Assembly: GCA_964509845.1 (NCBI GenBank)
Contig: CAZDZG010000003.1
Span: 1-45,829, forward strand
Direction: 5' to 3'
Length of the DNA: 45,829 bases
DNA from: Candidatus Hadarchaeota archaeon
Lineage (GTDB): Archaea > Hadarchaeota > Hadarchaeia > Hadarchaeales > WYZ-LMO6
Below, piece after piece: positions 16,651 through 25,017 of this stretch (position 1 is its first letter; each line of letters begins with the position of its first letter). Made by a program: the position numbers and the translations under genes. The notes beneath the pieces are model-generated. The model was not told the origin of the DNA and did not search any database. It saw nothing but the letters and a program-made list of their open reading frames with translations.

Positions 16651-18219
16651 ATGCCGATTAAGTCGCTCGTTCACAGAGGGGTGCTCGTTCCCTCCTACGA
16701 GTGGAAGGGCCTTCACCTCTTCTATCGTGGCAGGAGGCTGGAGCTGAATCCCGTTCAGGAGGAGATGGCCGTGGCCTTCGGAAGACACCTCCTGGCGGGA
16801 AGGGGGGAGGACAGGGTCTTCGTTAGGAATTTCCTCACGGATTTCTGCAAGGCCCTGGGGATACCCAAGGACACGGAGCTGAAGCATTTCGACTTCTCCC
16901 CCATCCTCAGGTGGATAGAGGAGGAGAAGAGGAAGAAGGAGGGGATGAGCAAGGAGGAGCGCAAGAGGCTGGCTGAAGAAAGGAAGCGCCAGAGGGAGTT
17001 GAACAGGGAGAGGTGGGGGGTGGCCTGGATCGACGGGGAGAGGGTTGAGGTAAAGAACTACACCGTCGAGCCCCCCTGCGTCTTCGTGGGCAGGGGCAGG
17101 CATCCCCTCAGGGGAAGGTGGAAGCCCAGGGTGGAGTACGAGGACATCATCCTCAACCTCTCGCCCGACGCCCCCACCCCCGAGCTGCCCGAGGGCAGGA
17201 GGTGGGGAGGGAGGGAGTGGGATCCGGAGGCCCTCTGGATAGCCAAGTGGAGGGATAAGCTCACGGGGAAGATGAAGTACGTCTGGCTCTCCGATACCTC
17301 CCCCCTCAAGCAGGAGAGGGAGAGGGAGAAGTTCGATCGTGCCAAGGCCCTAGGGGAGGAAATAGAGAGGGTCAGGGAGCACATAAGGAAGCACCTGTCC
17401 GATCCCGATCTCAAGCGGAGGATGGTGGCCACGGTGTGCTATCTGATAGACGAGCTGAAGCTGAGGGTGGGGGATGAGAGGGACAGGGAGGAGAGGAACA
17501 CGGTGGGGGCCACGACCCTGGGGCCGGAACACCTCAGGTTCAACGGAGGGGAGGTGAGGTTCAGCTTCTTGGGCAAGGATCACGTCCGCTGGTCCAAGAC
17601 CCTCAGGCCCATCCCGGAGGTCCTCAGGAACCTGAGGGAGTTCGCGAGGAGGGGTGGGGAAAGGCTCTTTCCCGGGGTCAGCTCCGAGGACGTGAACGCC
17701 TTCCTGGGGGAGGTGGTCCCTGGGCTGACGGCCAAGGTCTTCCGCACCTACCATGCCTCGAGGATAGTGGAGGAGGAACTGAGGAAGGCAGGAATAGGGA
17801 AGGAGAACACCGAGATGGAGAAGAGGTGCGCGGCGAAGAGGGCCAACCTGAGGGCAGCGGAGGAGCTGAATCACAAGCGAAAGGTACCCGCGGGCTGGAA
17901 AAGGAAGGTGGAGAGGCTCAGGGAGAGGATAAGGAAGCTTGAGGAGAGGCTGAGGGAGCTGAGGGCCAAGCGGGGCAGGAGGAAGGAGGAGAGGCTGAGG
18001 AAGCTGAGGGAGAGAATAAGGGAGCTGAAGCTCAGGCTGGAGCTGGAGAGGGAGATAAGGGACTTCAACCTGGGCACCTCCCTCAACTCCTACATAGATC
18101 CCAGGATCTACGTCAGGTGGGCCAGGGAGGTGGGGCTGGGGGTGGAAAAGATATATCCCAAGTCCCTCCAGAGGAAGTTCTCCTGGGCCCTGTCCGAGGA
18201 GCCGGAGCCGACTTTTTAG
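16651..18219 (+). CDS. eukaryote-type DNA topoisomerase IB
   Basis: The ORF track starts at TTG 16642; there is an ATG at 16651. The N-terminal region GVLVPSYEWKGLHLFYRGRRLELNPVQEEMAVAF resembles human Top1 core subdomain I. TAKVFRTYHAS covers the Arg590 region and LNHKR the His632 region. A long R/E/L coiled-coil linker follows, then LGTSLNSYIDPRIYV with the active-site Tyr context. Confidence 0.9.
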   Translation: MPIKSLVHRGVLVPSYEWKGLHLFYRGRRLELNPVQEEMAVAFGRHLLAGRGEDRVFVRNFLTDFCKALGIPKDTELKHFDFSPILRWIEEEKRKKEGMSKEERKRLAEERKRQRELNRERWGVAWIDGERVEVKNYTVEPPCVFVGRGRHPLRGRWKPRVEYEDIILNLSPDAPTPELPEGRRWGGREWDPEALWIAKWRDKLTGKMKYVWLSDTSPLKQEREREKFDRAKALGEEIERVREHIRKHLSDPDLKRRMVATVCYLIDELKLRVGDERDREERNTVGATTLGPEHLRFNGGEVRFSFLGKDHVRWSKTLRPIPEVLRNLREFARRGGERLFPGVSSEDVNAFLGEVVPGLTAKVFRTYHASRIVEEELRKAGIGKENTEMEKRCAAKRANLRAAEELNHKRKVPAGWKRKVERLRERIRKLEERLRELRAKRGRRKEERLRKLRERIRELKLRLELEREIRDFNLGTSLNSYIDPRIYVRWAREVGLGVEKIYPKSLQRKFSWALSEEPEPTF

Positions 18220-18239
18220 CCGGGAGGAGGAAGGAATGG

Positions 18240-19199
18240 ATGATGGGGTCCTACGAGAGGGTGAGGAGAGGGGCGACGGAGGTGGTGACGGAGGAGGAAC
18301 TGAGGGAGGTGATGAAGGGGAGGCCCAGGGTCTACTGCGGCTACGAGCCCTCGGGCAGGATCCACTGCGGTCACGCCCTAACGGCCTTCAAGCTCCTGGA
18401 CTTCCAGAGGGAGGGGGCGGAGGTGATCGTGCTGCTGGCGGACCTGCACGCCTACCTGAACCACAAGGGGACGCTGGAGGAGGTGAGGAGGATGGCGGAG
18501 TACAACAGGGAATGTTTTGTGGGGATGGGCCTGGACCCGGCGGTTACGGAGTACAGGCTGGGCTCGGAGTTCCAGCTTACCAGGGAGTACATGATGGACG
18601 TCCTCAGGCTTTCCACGGAAACCACCCTGCTGAGGGCCAGGAGGGCCATGGCGGAGATAGCCAGGAAGGAGGAGGATCCCGACGTGGCCCAGGTACTCTA
18701 TCCGCTGATGCAGGCGGTGGACATGGTTCACCTGCGGGTGGAGGTGGCGGTGGGAGGGGAGGACCAGAGGAAGGTTCACATGATAGCGAGGGAGAAGCTG
18801 GGGGGGCTAGGGTACAGGAAGCCCGTATGCGTGCACCTGCCCCTCCTCCACGGGCTGGACGGGGACGCCAAGATGTCCTCCTCCAAGGGGAACTTCATAG
18901 CGGTGGACGATTCCCCGGAGGAGATAAGGAGGAAGATCCGCAAGGCCTTCTGTCCCCCCAGGCAGGTGGAGGGGAATCCGGTGGTGGAGTACGCCGAGCA
19001 CCTGCTCCTCCCCAGGCTGGAGGGGCTGGAGGTGAGGAGGTCGGAGAGGCATGGGGGGACGATCCTCCTGAGGGAGGCGGAGGAGCTGAGGAGAAGGTAC
19101 AAGGAAGGTGAGCTCCACCCCGCCGATCTGAAGCCGGCGGTGGCGGAGGGCCTGATCGAGCTCTTCCGGCCGGTGAGGGAGCACCTGGGGAGGGAATAG
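18240..19199 (+). CDS. tyrS: tyrosyl-tRNA synthetase (archaeal type)
   Basis: Class I motifs are present: an HIGH-like EPSGRIHCGH and KMSSS. The ORF-track start 18117 overlaps topoIB. The ATG-ATG at 18240 follows a GGGAGGAGGAAGG Shine-Dalgarno sequence. Confidence 0.9.
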   Translation: MMGSYERVRRGATEVVTEEELREVMKGRPRVYCGYEPSGRIHCGHALTAFKLLDFQREGAEVIVLLADLHAYLNHKGTLEEVRRMAEYNRECFVGMGLDPAVTEYRLGSEFQLTREYMMDVLRLSTETTLLRARRAMAEIARKEEDPDVAQVLYPLMQAVDMVHLRVEVAVGGEDQRKVHMIAREKLGGLGYRKPVCVHLPLLHGLDGDAKMSSSKGNFIAVDDSPEEIRRKIRKAFCPPRQVEGNPVVEYAEHLLLPRLEGLEVRRSERHGGTILLREAEELRRRYKEGELHPADLKPAVAEGLIELFRPVREHLGRE

Positions 19200-19239
19200 C
19201 GTTTTCCCTTTATATAATCCCCGCTTCAAAACCTGCGGG

Positions 19240-20067
19240 ATGGGAAGGAGGATCCTCCGCCGATCCATCGTCATAGCCTCCGGAAAGGGGGGAACGGGCA
19301 AGACCACCCTGACGGCCAACCTGGGCGTGGCCCTGGGAGCGCTGGGGAAGAGGGTTACCATCCTGGACGGGGATCTGGCCATGGCCAACCTCTCCATCGT
19401 GATGGGCCTCACGAGGTTCAGAACGAACCTGCTGGACGTCCTGCTGGGGAGGGCCAGGGTGGAGGAGGCCATTTACCACAACTACGGGGTGAGCGTGGTG
19501 CCTACCGGCTTTCGCTTTGAGGAGGCGCACGAGGCCCTTTTCAAGATCAAGCCGGAGCGGGTGGAGGAGGTGGTCAGGGAGCTCCTCCAGGAATCGGAGT
19601 TCCTCCTCATAGATGCCCCGGCAGGCATCCAGGATGCCACCATTCTTTCCCTTGCCGCCTCCAAGGAAATGGTGGCGGTCTGCAACCCCACCTACACCAG
19701 CCTGGTGGATTGCTACAAGACGGTGAGATTGGCCAACCTGCTCGGGTGCTGGACCAGGGGAGTGGTGGTGAACAGGGTGGGAAGGGATAGTGATCTCTCT
19801 ACCGCCGAGGTGGAGGAGTTCATGGGGCAGACCCTGGGGGCCATCCCCATCCTGGCGGAGATTCCCGAGGATCCCAGGGTGCAGGAGGCGGAGAGGGAGG
19901 GGGTGCCCGTGGTGGTTTACGACCCCGAGTGCAAGGCCTCGAGGGCCATCCAGTCCCTGGCCGAGGTGCTGGTGGGAAGGGCGGGGACGCCCTACGGCTT
20001 CGGGAGGGGAGGTGGGGACGAGACGGTCAGGAGGCTGGTGAGGGCCCTGACGGGCAGGGAGCCCTGA
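19240..20067 (+). CDS. minD: MinD/ParA-family P-loop ATPase
   Basis: 275-aa ORF with deviant Walker A SGKGGTGKTT and Walker B-like LLIDAPAG. Confidence 0.85.
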   Translation: MGRRILRRSIVIASGKGGTGKTTLTANLGVALGALGKRVTILDGDLAMANLSIVMGLTRFRTNLLDVLLGRARVEEAIYHNYGVSVVPTGFRFEEAHEALFKIKPERVEEVVRELLQESEFLLIDAPAGIQDATILSLAASKEMVAVCNPTYTSLVDCYKTVRLANLLGCWTRGVVVNRVGRDSDLSTAEVEEFMGQTLGAIPILAEIPEDPRVQEAEREGVPVVVYDPECKASRAIQSLAEVLVGRAGTPYGFGRGGGDETVRRLVRALTGREP

Positions 20068-20070
20068 GCC

Positions 20071-21441
20071 TCATACCAGCTCCAGGCTCCTTCCCCTCTC
20101 CGGACAGATCACCCTTCCGTCCCCCACGAACTTCCTGAACAGCTTGGGCCTCTCGGAGTGCACCACTATCACCTTCCTCGGCCCCAGCCTCTCCACCACC
20201 TCCCTGAGCTCCAGGGAGCTGGCGTGGCCCGAGGCATGGATGTGAAACATGGGGAGGCCGAGGAGCTCCAGCCAGTTGGCCAGCTTACCGAACTCTATCT
20301 CCCCCTCCTCATCCCAGGGCTCGCTCTCGGAGTAGATGAAGAGGGAGCCGGGCCTGGGCCTGATCTCCAGGAGCTCCAGCATGTCGTAGTAGGTGGAGAA
20401 GAGCAGGACCCTCTCCTGGTTCTCCGAAACCCAGGAGCTGTTCACGTTCTCGTAATCCAGCAGTTTCCTCTCCCAGCCGTACAGGGTCTTCTTCTCCTTT
20501 CCGTAGATCTTCACTCCCGGATCCCCCAGCTTGAAGGGGAAGCGAAGCAGGCCCTTCTCTATCTCGGGACGCAGGAACTCCAGCAGGGCGGCCTGCCTTC
20601 TGGAGAGGACGAACTCCCTCCCCGCCTCCTGGGCCACCTCGAAGAAGGTACGCAGGCGATCCAAATCCACGCTGGAGAAGCTGGCCGCCACCAGCCCCCT
20701 GGCCCGGGAGAGGAGGGCCCTCACCTTCTGCTTGACCTCCTCCTCGCTGGAGGGCCTCGATTCCAGCACGTTGGTTCCCTCCATGACGAGGAAGTCCGGC
20801 TCTTCAGCCTCCGTGAGGAAGTCCTCGGTCAGGCGGGGGAGATGGCCGTGGAGGCGGAAATCCCCGGTGTAGACCAGCCTGCCCTCCGGGCCATCCACCA
20901 CGAAGCCGTAGGAGGCGGGGATGGAGTGGTCCACGTGCACCGGCTTCACCTCAAACTCACCTATTTCCAGTTTACTCCCGGTCCTGAAGGTCACCAGGTT
21001 TCCAAGCCCCCTGGGCGACCAGAAGCAGTGGTGGAGGGGGCCTGGCCCCTCCTGGAACTTGGCGAGCCTCTGCTCCTCCGGCCTAAGGGAGGAGATCTCC
21101 CTGGCCAGGATGATCCTCCAGGTCCCCTCCCCCACGTACAGGGGAAGATCCGGCTTAAGGTACCTCACGTAGTCCATGTGGTCTAGGTGGGCGTGGGAGA
21201 GCAGGACGCCGGAAACCTCCGGCCTCCTTTCGTCCCAGGGGTAGAGACCGGGGAGGTCGGGGAGGAGGCCCATGGAGTATAGCTGCTCACCGTTTTTCGG
21301 GATCAGGTAGGGATCGGAGAAGTAGCTGGCCTCCCTGGAAAAGCTCTTTCCGAAGTCCAGCAGGATCTTGGTTTCCCTCCCCTCCAGCAGGAGCTGGTTC
21401 CCCCCCACCTCCCCCGCCCCCCCGAAGACGGTTAGCCTCAT
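20071..21441 (-). CDS. metallo-beta-lactamase / beta-CASP hydrolase, RNase J / aCPSF2-like
   Basis: Motifs HAHLDH, VDHS, TGDFR, MEGTN, HASGHAS and VVHSE are present. The ORF-track start 21558 runs through tRNA-Val, so I use ATG 21441 (MRLTVFGGAGEVGGN). Confidence 0.7.
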   Translation of the reverse strand: MRLTVFGGAGEVGGNQLLLEGRETKILLDFGKSFSREASYFSDPYLIPKNGEQLYSMGLLPDLPGLYPWDERRPEVSGVLLSHAHLDHMDYVRYLKPDLPLYVGEGTWRIILAREISSLRPEEQRLAKFQEGPGPLHHCFWSPRGLGNLVTFRTGSKLEIGEFEVKPVHVDHSIPASYGFVVDGPEGRLVYTGDFRLHGHLPRLTEDFLTEAEEPDFLVMEGTNVLESRPSSEEEVKQKVRALLSRARGLVAASFSSVDLDRLRTFFEVAQEAGREFVLSRRQAALLEFLRPEIEKGLLRFPFKLGDPGVKIYGKEKKTLYGWERKLLDYENVNSSWVSENQERVLLFSTYYDMLELLEIRPRPGSLFIYSESEPWDEEGEIEFGKLANWLELLGLPMFHIHASGHASSLELREVVERLGPRKVIVVHSERPKLFRKFVGDGRVICPERGRSLELV

Positions 21442-21481
21442 CGACAACTCTCCGACGTTCCCTGATTTGTAGGTTGATCCC

Positions 21482-21556
<75 letters not shown>

Positions 21557-21572
21557 AACTAACTTGGGAAAG

Positions 21573-22712
21573 CTACTTCAAAATCATTATGACCTCCAGG
21601 AGGACGATGGCGGCGATCAGGAGGAGGGTGAGGAACTCCATGGAGCTGGCGTGCTGGACGTCCAGCCTCTCCATGGCCATGGCGTAGAGCTCCTGCAGCT
21701 GGTCCAGCTTCTTGTCCACCAGCGAGAGCCACTCCGGGATCCTGAATCGCTCGCTGGCCAGCCGGTAGATCTTCCCCAGGTACCACTCCCCCGTGTACTT
21801 CAGGATGTTCCTCAGGTCCCCCACGTATTCCATGATCTCCACCCTCAGCTCGGCCAGCTCGCTGGTGGTTCGCAGGAGCTCCTGATAGGACCGGCTTCCC
21901 CATCTCACCCCCATCCGCTTGGGGAAGGCCGCCCTCAGGACGCCGTACGCCTTCTCCGTCTCGAAGTCAAGGATGGAGTCGTAGGTCTTGAGCTCCAGCA
22001 GCTGAATCTTGGCCAGCTCGATCATCCTCACGTAGTCGTCCGCGTACCCCTCCTGCTCGTAGATGAGGGTGGAGTACCAGTCCACCAGGATCAGGTCCCT
22101 GTTGGAGTAGCTGAGGAAGGAACGGAGGGAATCGTCCACCTCCTTGCGACTGAGCGACCTCCACTCCACCTCGCCCCTGAGGAGGCCGGCCGCATGCTTC
22201 CTGAACTTGGTCAGGAAGTCCGAGGCGGACAGGGTGGGATCGGAACCCGTGAGGAGGATGAGGGTGTAGGTCTCGGGCACCTCGGTAGCCTGGTACGGAA
22301 GCACGATGGCCCTCCTGATCTTCCTTTTGAGATCCTCGAAGTACCTCCTGGCTATCTCCTCCAGCCTCGTCTCCTGCCCCCCGCTTTTCACCTTCCTCTC
22401 ATCCATTCCCACCAGCCTGATCACCGAGTCCACATCCCTCCCCTCGAACCTCAGGATGAGGGAGATCTCTATGGCGCCCACGGGGAAGATCTTCCCCTCC
22501 ACCTCCAGTTTATGTCCCTCCACCTCCACCTCCCCCAGCCTCCCCATGAGGGGGATGAGGCCAAGGTGCTCGTACTTGGGGGCCAGGATCCTCATTCGCC
22601 GGCGGGGCCTCTGCTCCACCAGCCCCAGCCTCGCCGGGATAAGGGAGAGGTTCACCTCCCCCCCGCAGTCATAGAAATACTGGAAGACGATGGAGCCGGT
22701 GAGGCGGATCAT
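21573..22712 (-). CDS. DUF155 / RMND1-YagE-like protein with C-terminal transmembrane helix
   Basis: The real gene starts at ATG 22712 (MIRLTGSIVFQYFYD), in an ATGA overlap with the antiporter stop. The C-terminal pattern ...GEWYLGKIYRL...RFRIPEWLSLVDKKLDQLQELY...HASSMEFLTLLLIAAIVLLEVI resembles DUF155. The upstream part of the 699-aa track ORF is an artefact. Confidence 0.55.
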   Translation of the reverse strand: MIRLTGSIVFQYFYDCGGEVNLSLIPARLGLVEQRPRRRMRILAPKYEHLGLIPLMGRLGEVEVEGHKLEVEGKIFPVGAIEISLILRFEGRDVDSVIRLVGMDERKVKSGGQETRLEEIARRYFEDLKRKIRRAIVLPYQATEVPETYTLILLTGSDPTLSASDFLTKFRKHAAGLLRGEVEWRSLSRKEVDDSLRSFLSYSNRDLILVDWYSTLIYEQEGYADDYVRMIELAKIQLLELKTYDSILDFETEKAYGVLRAAFPKRMGVRWGSRSYQELLRTTSELAELRVEIMEYVGDLRNILKYTGEWYLGKIYRLASERFRIPEWLSLVDKKLDQLQELYAMAMERLDVQHASSMEFLTLLLIAAIVLLEVIMILK

Positions 22713-23956
22713 CTCCTTCCCTGTCCCTGCCGGGGTAAATACCCCCTGCCGGGTCCCCTCCCGAAGACCAGCTTTAGCAGGGGGGGAGTGAGGAGGGAAG
22801 TGAAGAAGACGGTCACCACGGTCATGGAAAAGAGCTGGCTTCCTATCGCCCCCACCCTCAGTCCCGCCGAAGCTATGATGAGGGCCACCTCCCCCCTGGG
22901 CATCATCCCCACCCCCACCCTCAGGGCCTCCCACCTCCCCATCCCGCCCAGCAGGGCCCCCGATCCACATCCCCCTATCTTGCTCAGGAAGGAAGCGCCC
23001 AGGAAGAGGAGGATTCCCGGACCCACCTCCCTCAGGGCCCCCAGATCGGTGCGCAGCCCCACCTCCGCGAAGAAGAGGGGGATGAGGAGGCCGTATCCTA
23101 TCACGGAGACCTTTTCCCGGAGGGTTCGGGAGAGGGGGGATCGGCTGGCCAGGAGCCCCACGAGGAAGGCCCCGGTGATGGCGGCTATCCTGGTCTTCTC
23201 GGCCAGGGAGGAGATAAGGAACACCAGGGCCAGGGCAAGGGAGAGGGAGAATTCGGGGGCCCTTACGCCGGTGCTCCGGGCCAGGATCCAGGGCACCAGC
23301 CTGGGGCCCACCGTGAAAATGAGGAGGAAGAAAGCCAGCATCAGCAGGAGGGTCCAGATCAGGCCCAGGACGGAGAGGCTCCCGTAGGCCAGCCCGACCA
23401 GGAGGCTGAGGACGATGATCCCGAAGACGTCGTCTATCACCGCCGCCCCCAGGATGGTGATCCCTTCCCTGCTGTGGAGGCGGTGCAGGTCCAGGAGGGT
23501 GCCCACGCTTATCCCCACGCTGGTGGCCACCAGCACCCCTCCGGCAAAGGCCGCCTCGAGGCTGGTCCAGCCCAGCACGTGGGCCGCCGCGAAGCCCAGC
23601 GGGAAGGCCCAGAGCGTCCCTCCCAGGGCGGCGAGCGCGGCCTCCCTGCCTGAGGCCCTCAGCTCCTCCCACTCCAGGGAGAGCCCCGCCAGGAAGAGGA
23701 GGAGCAGGATGCCTAGGTCGGCCAGGAAGCCCACCCAGCCCCCCTCGGGGGTGGAGGGGTCCAGGCAGAGGCGATGTCCCAGGTGGGAGGAGAGGGAACC
23801 CGCCACGGAGGGCCCGACCAGCAGGCCGGCCAGGATCTCCCCCAGGACGGGGGGCATCCTCAGCCTGTTGGCGAACAGGGCCCCCAGCCTGGCGGCCAGC
23901 AGGAGGATTCCCAGGTACAGGAGGAGGGAGGAGGTCTCGGGCGGCAGTTCCCTCAC
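22709..23956 (-). CDS. cation:proton antiporter (Na+/H+ exchanger, CPA2/Kef-NapA-like)
   Basis: 415-aa polytopic membrane protein. The N-terminus LLAARLGALFANRLRMPPVLGEILAGLLVGPS is typical of the family. Confidence 0.8.
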   Translation of the reverse strand: MRELPPETSSLLLYLGILLLAARLGALFANRLRMPPVLGEILAGLLVGPSVAGSLSSHLGHRLCLDPSTPEGGWVGFLADLGILLLLFLAGLSLEWEELRASGREAALAALGGTLWAFPLGFAAAHVLGWTSLEAAFAGGVLVATSVGISVGTLLDLHRLHSREGITILGAAVIDDVFGIIVLSLLVGLAYGSLSVLGLIWTLLLMLAFFLLIFTVGPRLVPWILARSTGVRAPEFSLSLALALVFLISSLAEKTRIAAITGAFLVGLLASRSPLSRTLREKVSVIGYGLLIPLFFAEVGLRTDLGALREVGPGILLFLGASFLSKIGGCGSGALLGGMGRWEALRVGVGMMPRGEVALIIASAGLRVGAIGSQLFSMTVVTVFFTSLLTPPLLKLVFGRGPGRGYLPRQGQGRR

Positions 23957-24402
23957 CTCCCCAGCTTTTTCAGGAGATCCCTGAGGGAAAGTACTCCCAC
24001 CAGTTCTCCGTTCTTGGTCACGGGCAGGTGGCGGAACTTGTGGAGGAGCATCAGGTGAAGGGCCTCCCGCAGGCTCATGTCGGGCCTGGCCGTCACCGGT
24101 CTCCTCGACATGATCTCCCCGGCAGACCTCACCACCGGGATCTCAAAGAGCTCCGGCCTCCCCACCACGGGACGGTGGATCCTGGGCATGAAGAGCTGGA
24201 AGAGGTCGCTCTCCGTTATCACCCCCACCAGCCTCCTCCCCCTCACGACGGGGAGCAGCTCCCTTCCCCTCATGAGGTGCTTGAGGAGGAGGGGGAGGGG
24301 GGTCTCGGGGGTCACGGCGAGGGGGCGCTTCATCACCTCCTTCACCTTGATCCTCTCCAGCCTCCGCAGGTACAGCTCGTTTCTCCTGGCGGGCATCAGC
24401 AA
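23953..24402 (-). CDS. CBS domain pair protein
   Basis: 149-aa ORF with two CBS repeats (VKEVMKRPLAVTP...LPVV...LVGVITESDL and AGEIMSRRPVTARP...HLPVT...LVGVLSLRDLL). 4-nt overlap with the antiporter gene. Confidence 0.8.
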   Translation of the reverse strand: MLMPARRNELYLRRLERIKVKEVMKRPLAVTPETPLPLLLKHLMRGRELLPVVRGRRLVGVITESDLFQLFMPRIHRPVVGRPELFEIPVVRSAGEIMSRRPVTARPDMSLREALHLMLLHKFRHLPVTKNGELVGVLSLRDLLKKLGR

Positions 24403-24454
24403 TTAGTGGGCCGGGGATTATAAGTAGGCCCGAAGGCCTCAAGTTTGGTTAAGG

Positions 24455-24559
24455 CGCCGGGGCTGGGATTTGAACCCAGGAGGCGCGTAAGCGCCAACGG
24501 GTTAGCAACCCTTGGCGGGTCCTGCGACCTGTCGCCGTACCTGGCTGGGCCACCCCGGC
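24455..24559 (-). tRNA. tRNA-Ser (anticodon GCT) with a 19-nt non-canonical intron (24512-24530) in the 5' strand of the anticodon stem
   Basis: Acceptor GCCGGGG/CCCCGGC, T arm CTGGG-TTCAAAT-CCCAG, variable arm GGCGC-TTAC-GCGCC. Removing AGGTCGCAGGACCCGCCAA restores anticodon stem ACGGG/CCCGT with loop TT-GCT-AA. The splice sites sit in a BHB-like fold. The 3' end is encoded as CC-T, not CCA. Confidence 0.8.
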
Positions 24560-24597
24560 TTTTTATCTTGGTTCTTAAGGGCTTTAATCCTGTCGGA

Positions 24598-24984
24598 TCA
24601 CTTCCCCTCGGGGGGCTTGAGGAGCTCCTCGATGGGCTTCTCCCCGTACTTCACGATCTTGGTGTTGAGCTGCCTTATGTCCTCGGCCACCACGTTCCCG
24701 TGCACCCTCTTCCTCCTCCTCTCCCCCTTCTTGCGCGGGCGATATCCCGGACCGCCGGCCAGGAGGAGCCTCTTGCGGCCGGGGCCGGGGAGGTCGGGCC
24801 TCATGGGGAAGCCGTCCCTGTCCGTTCCCCCCGTGATCTGGAGCTCGTATCCGGGCAGCCCCACCAGGCTCCCGTCGAAGGATTCCCCTATCTTCTTGCC
24901 TATGAGGGCGCGGGCGGCGGGCTCCTTCAGCTCCACCTGATAGCTCTTTCCCGTCCTGGGATCCCCTATCACCACCTTGAACAT
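24598..24984 (-). CDS. rps6e: 30S ribosomal protein S6e (eS6)
   Basis: 128-aa ORF: MFKVVIGDPRTGKSYQVEL...ITGGTDRDGFPMRPDLPGPGRKRLLL. Confidence 0.93.
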   Translation of the reverse strand: MFKVVIGDPRTGKSYQVELKEPAARALIGKKIGESFDGSLVGLPGYELQITGGTDRDGFPMRPDLPGPGRKRLLLAGGPGYRPRKKGERRRKRVHGNVVAEDIRQLNTKIVKYGEKPIEELLKPPEGK

Positions 24985-25017
24985 CTCCTAGCTTCCTGAG
25001 GTCCTCCTTATTAAAGT

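Noticed and set aside
17870-18070. Apparent tandem DNA repeats (GAGAGGCTGAGGGAGCTGAGG...)
   Set aside because: This is low-complexity coding sequence for the R/E/L/K coiled-coil linker of topoisomerase IB. It is not a repeat array or CRISPR.
22713-23672. Upstream 320 codons of the 699-aa ORF 21573-23672
   Set aside because: They overlap the antiporter gene in another frame with a G/R/P-rich translation. The DUF155-like protein starts at the ATGA junction at 22712.
24426-24439. AGGCC-UUCG-GGCCU hairpin downstream of tRNA-Ser(GCU) as a terminator or processing signal
   Set aside because: The stem is only 5 bp and has no flanking oligo-T. It is real in the sequence, but a function cannot be supported.
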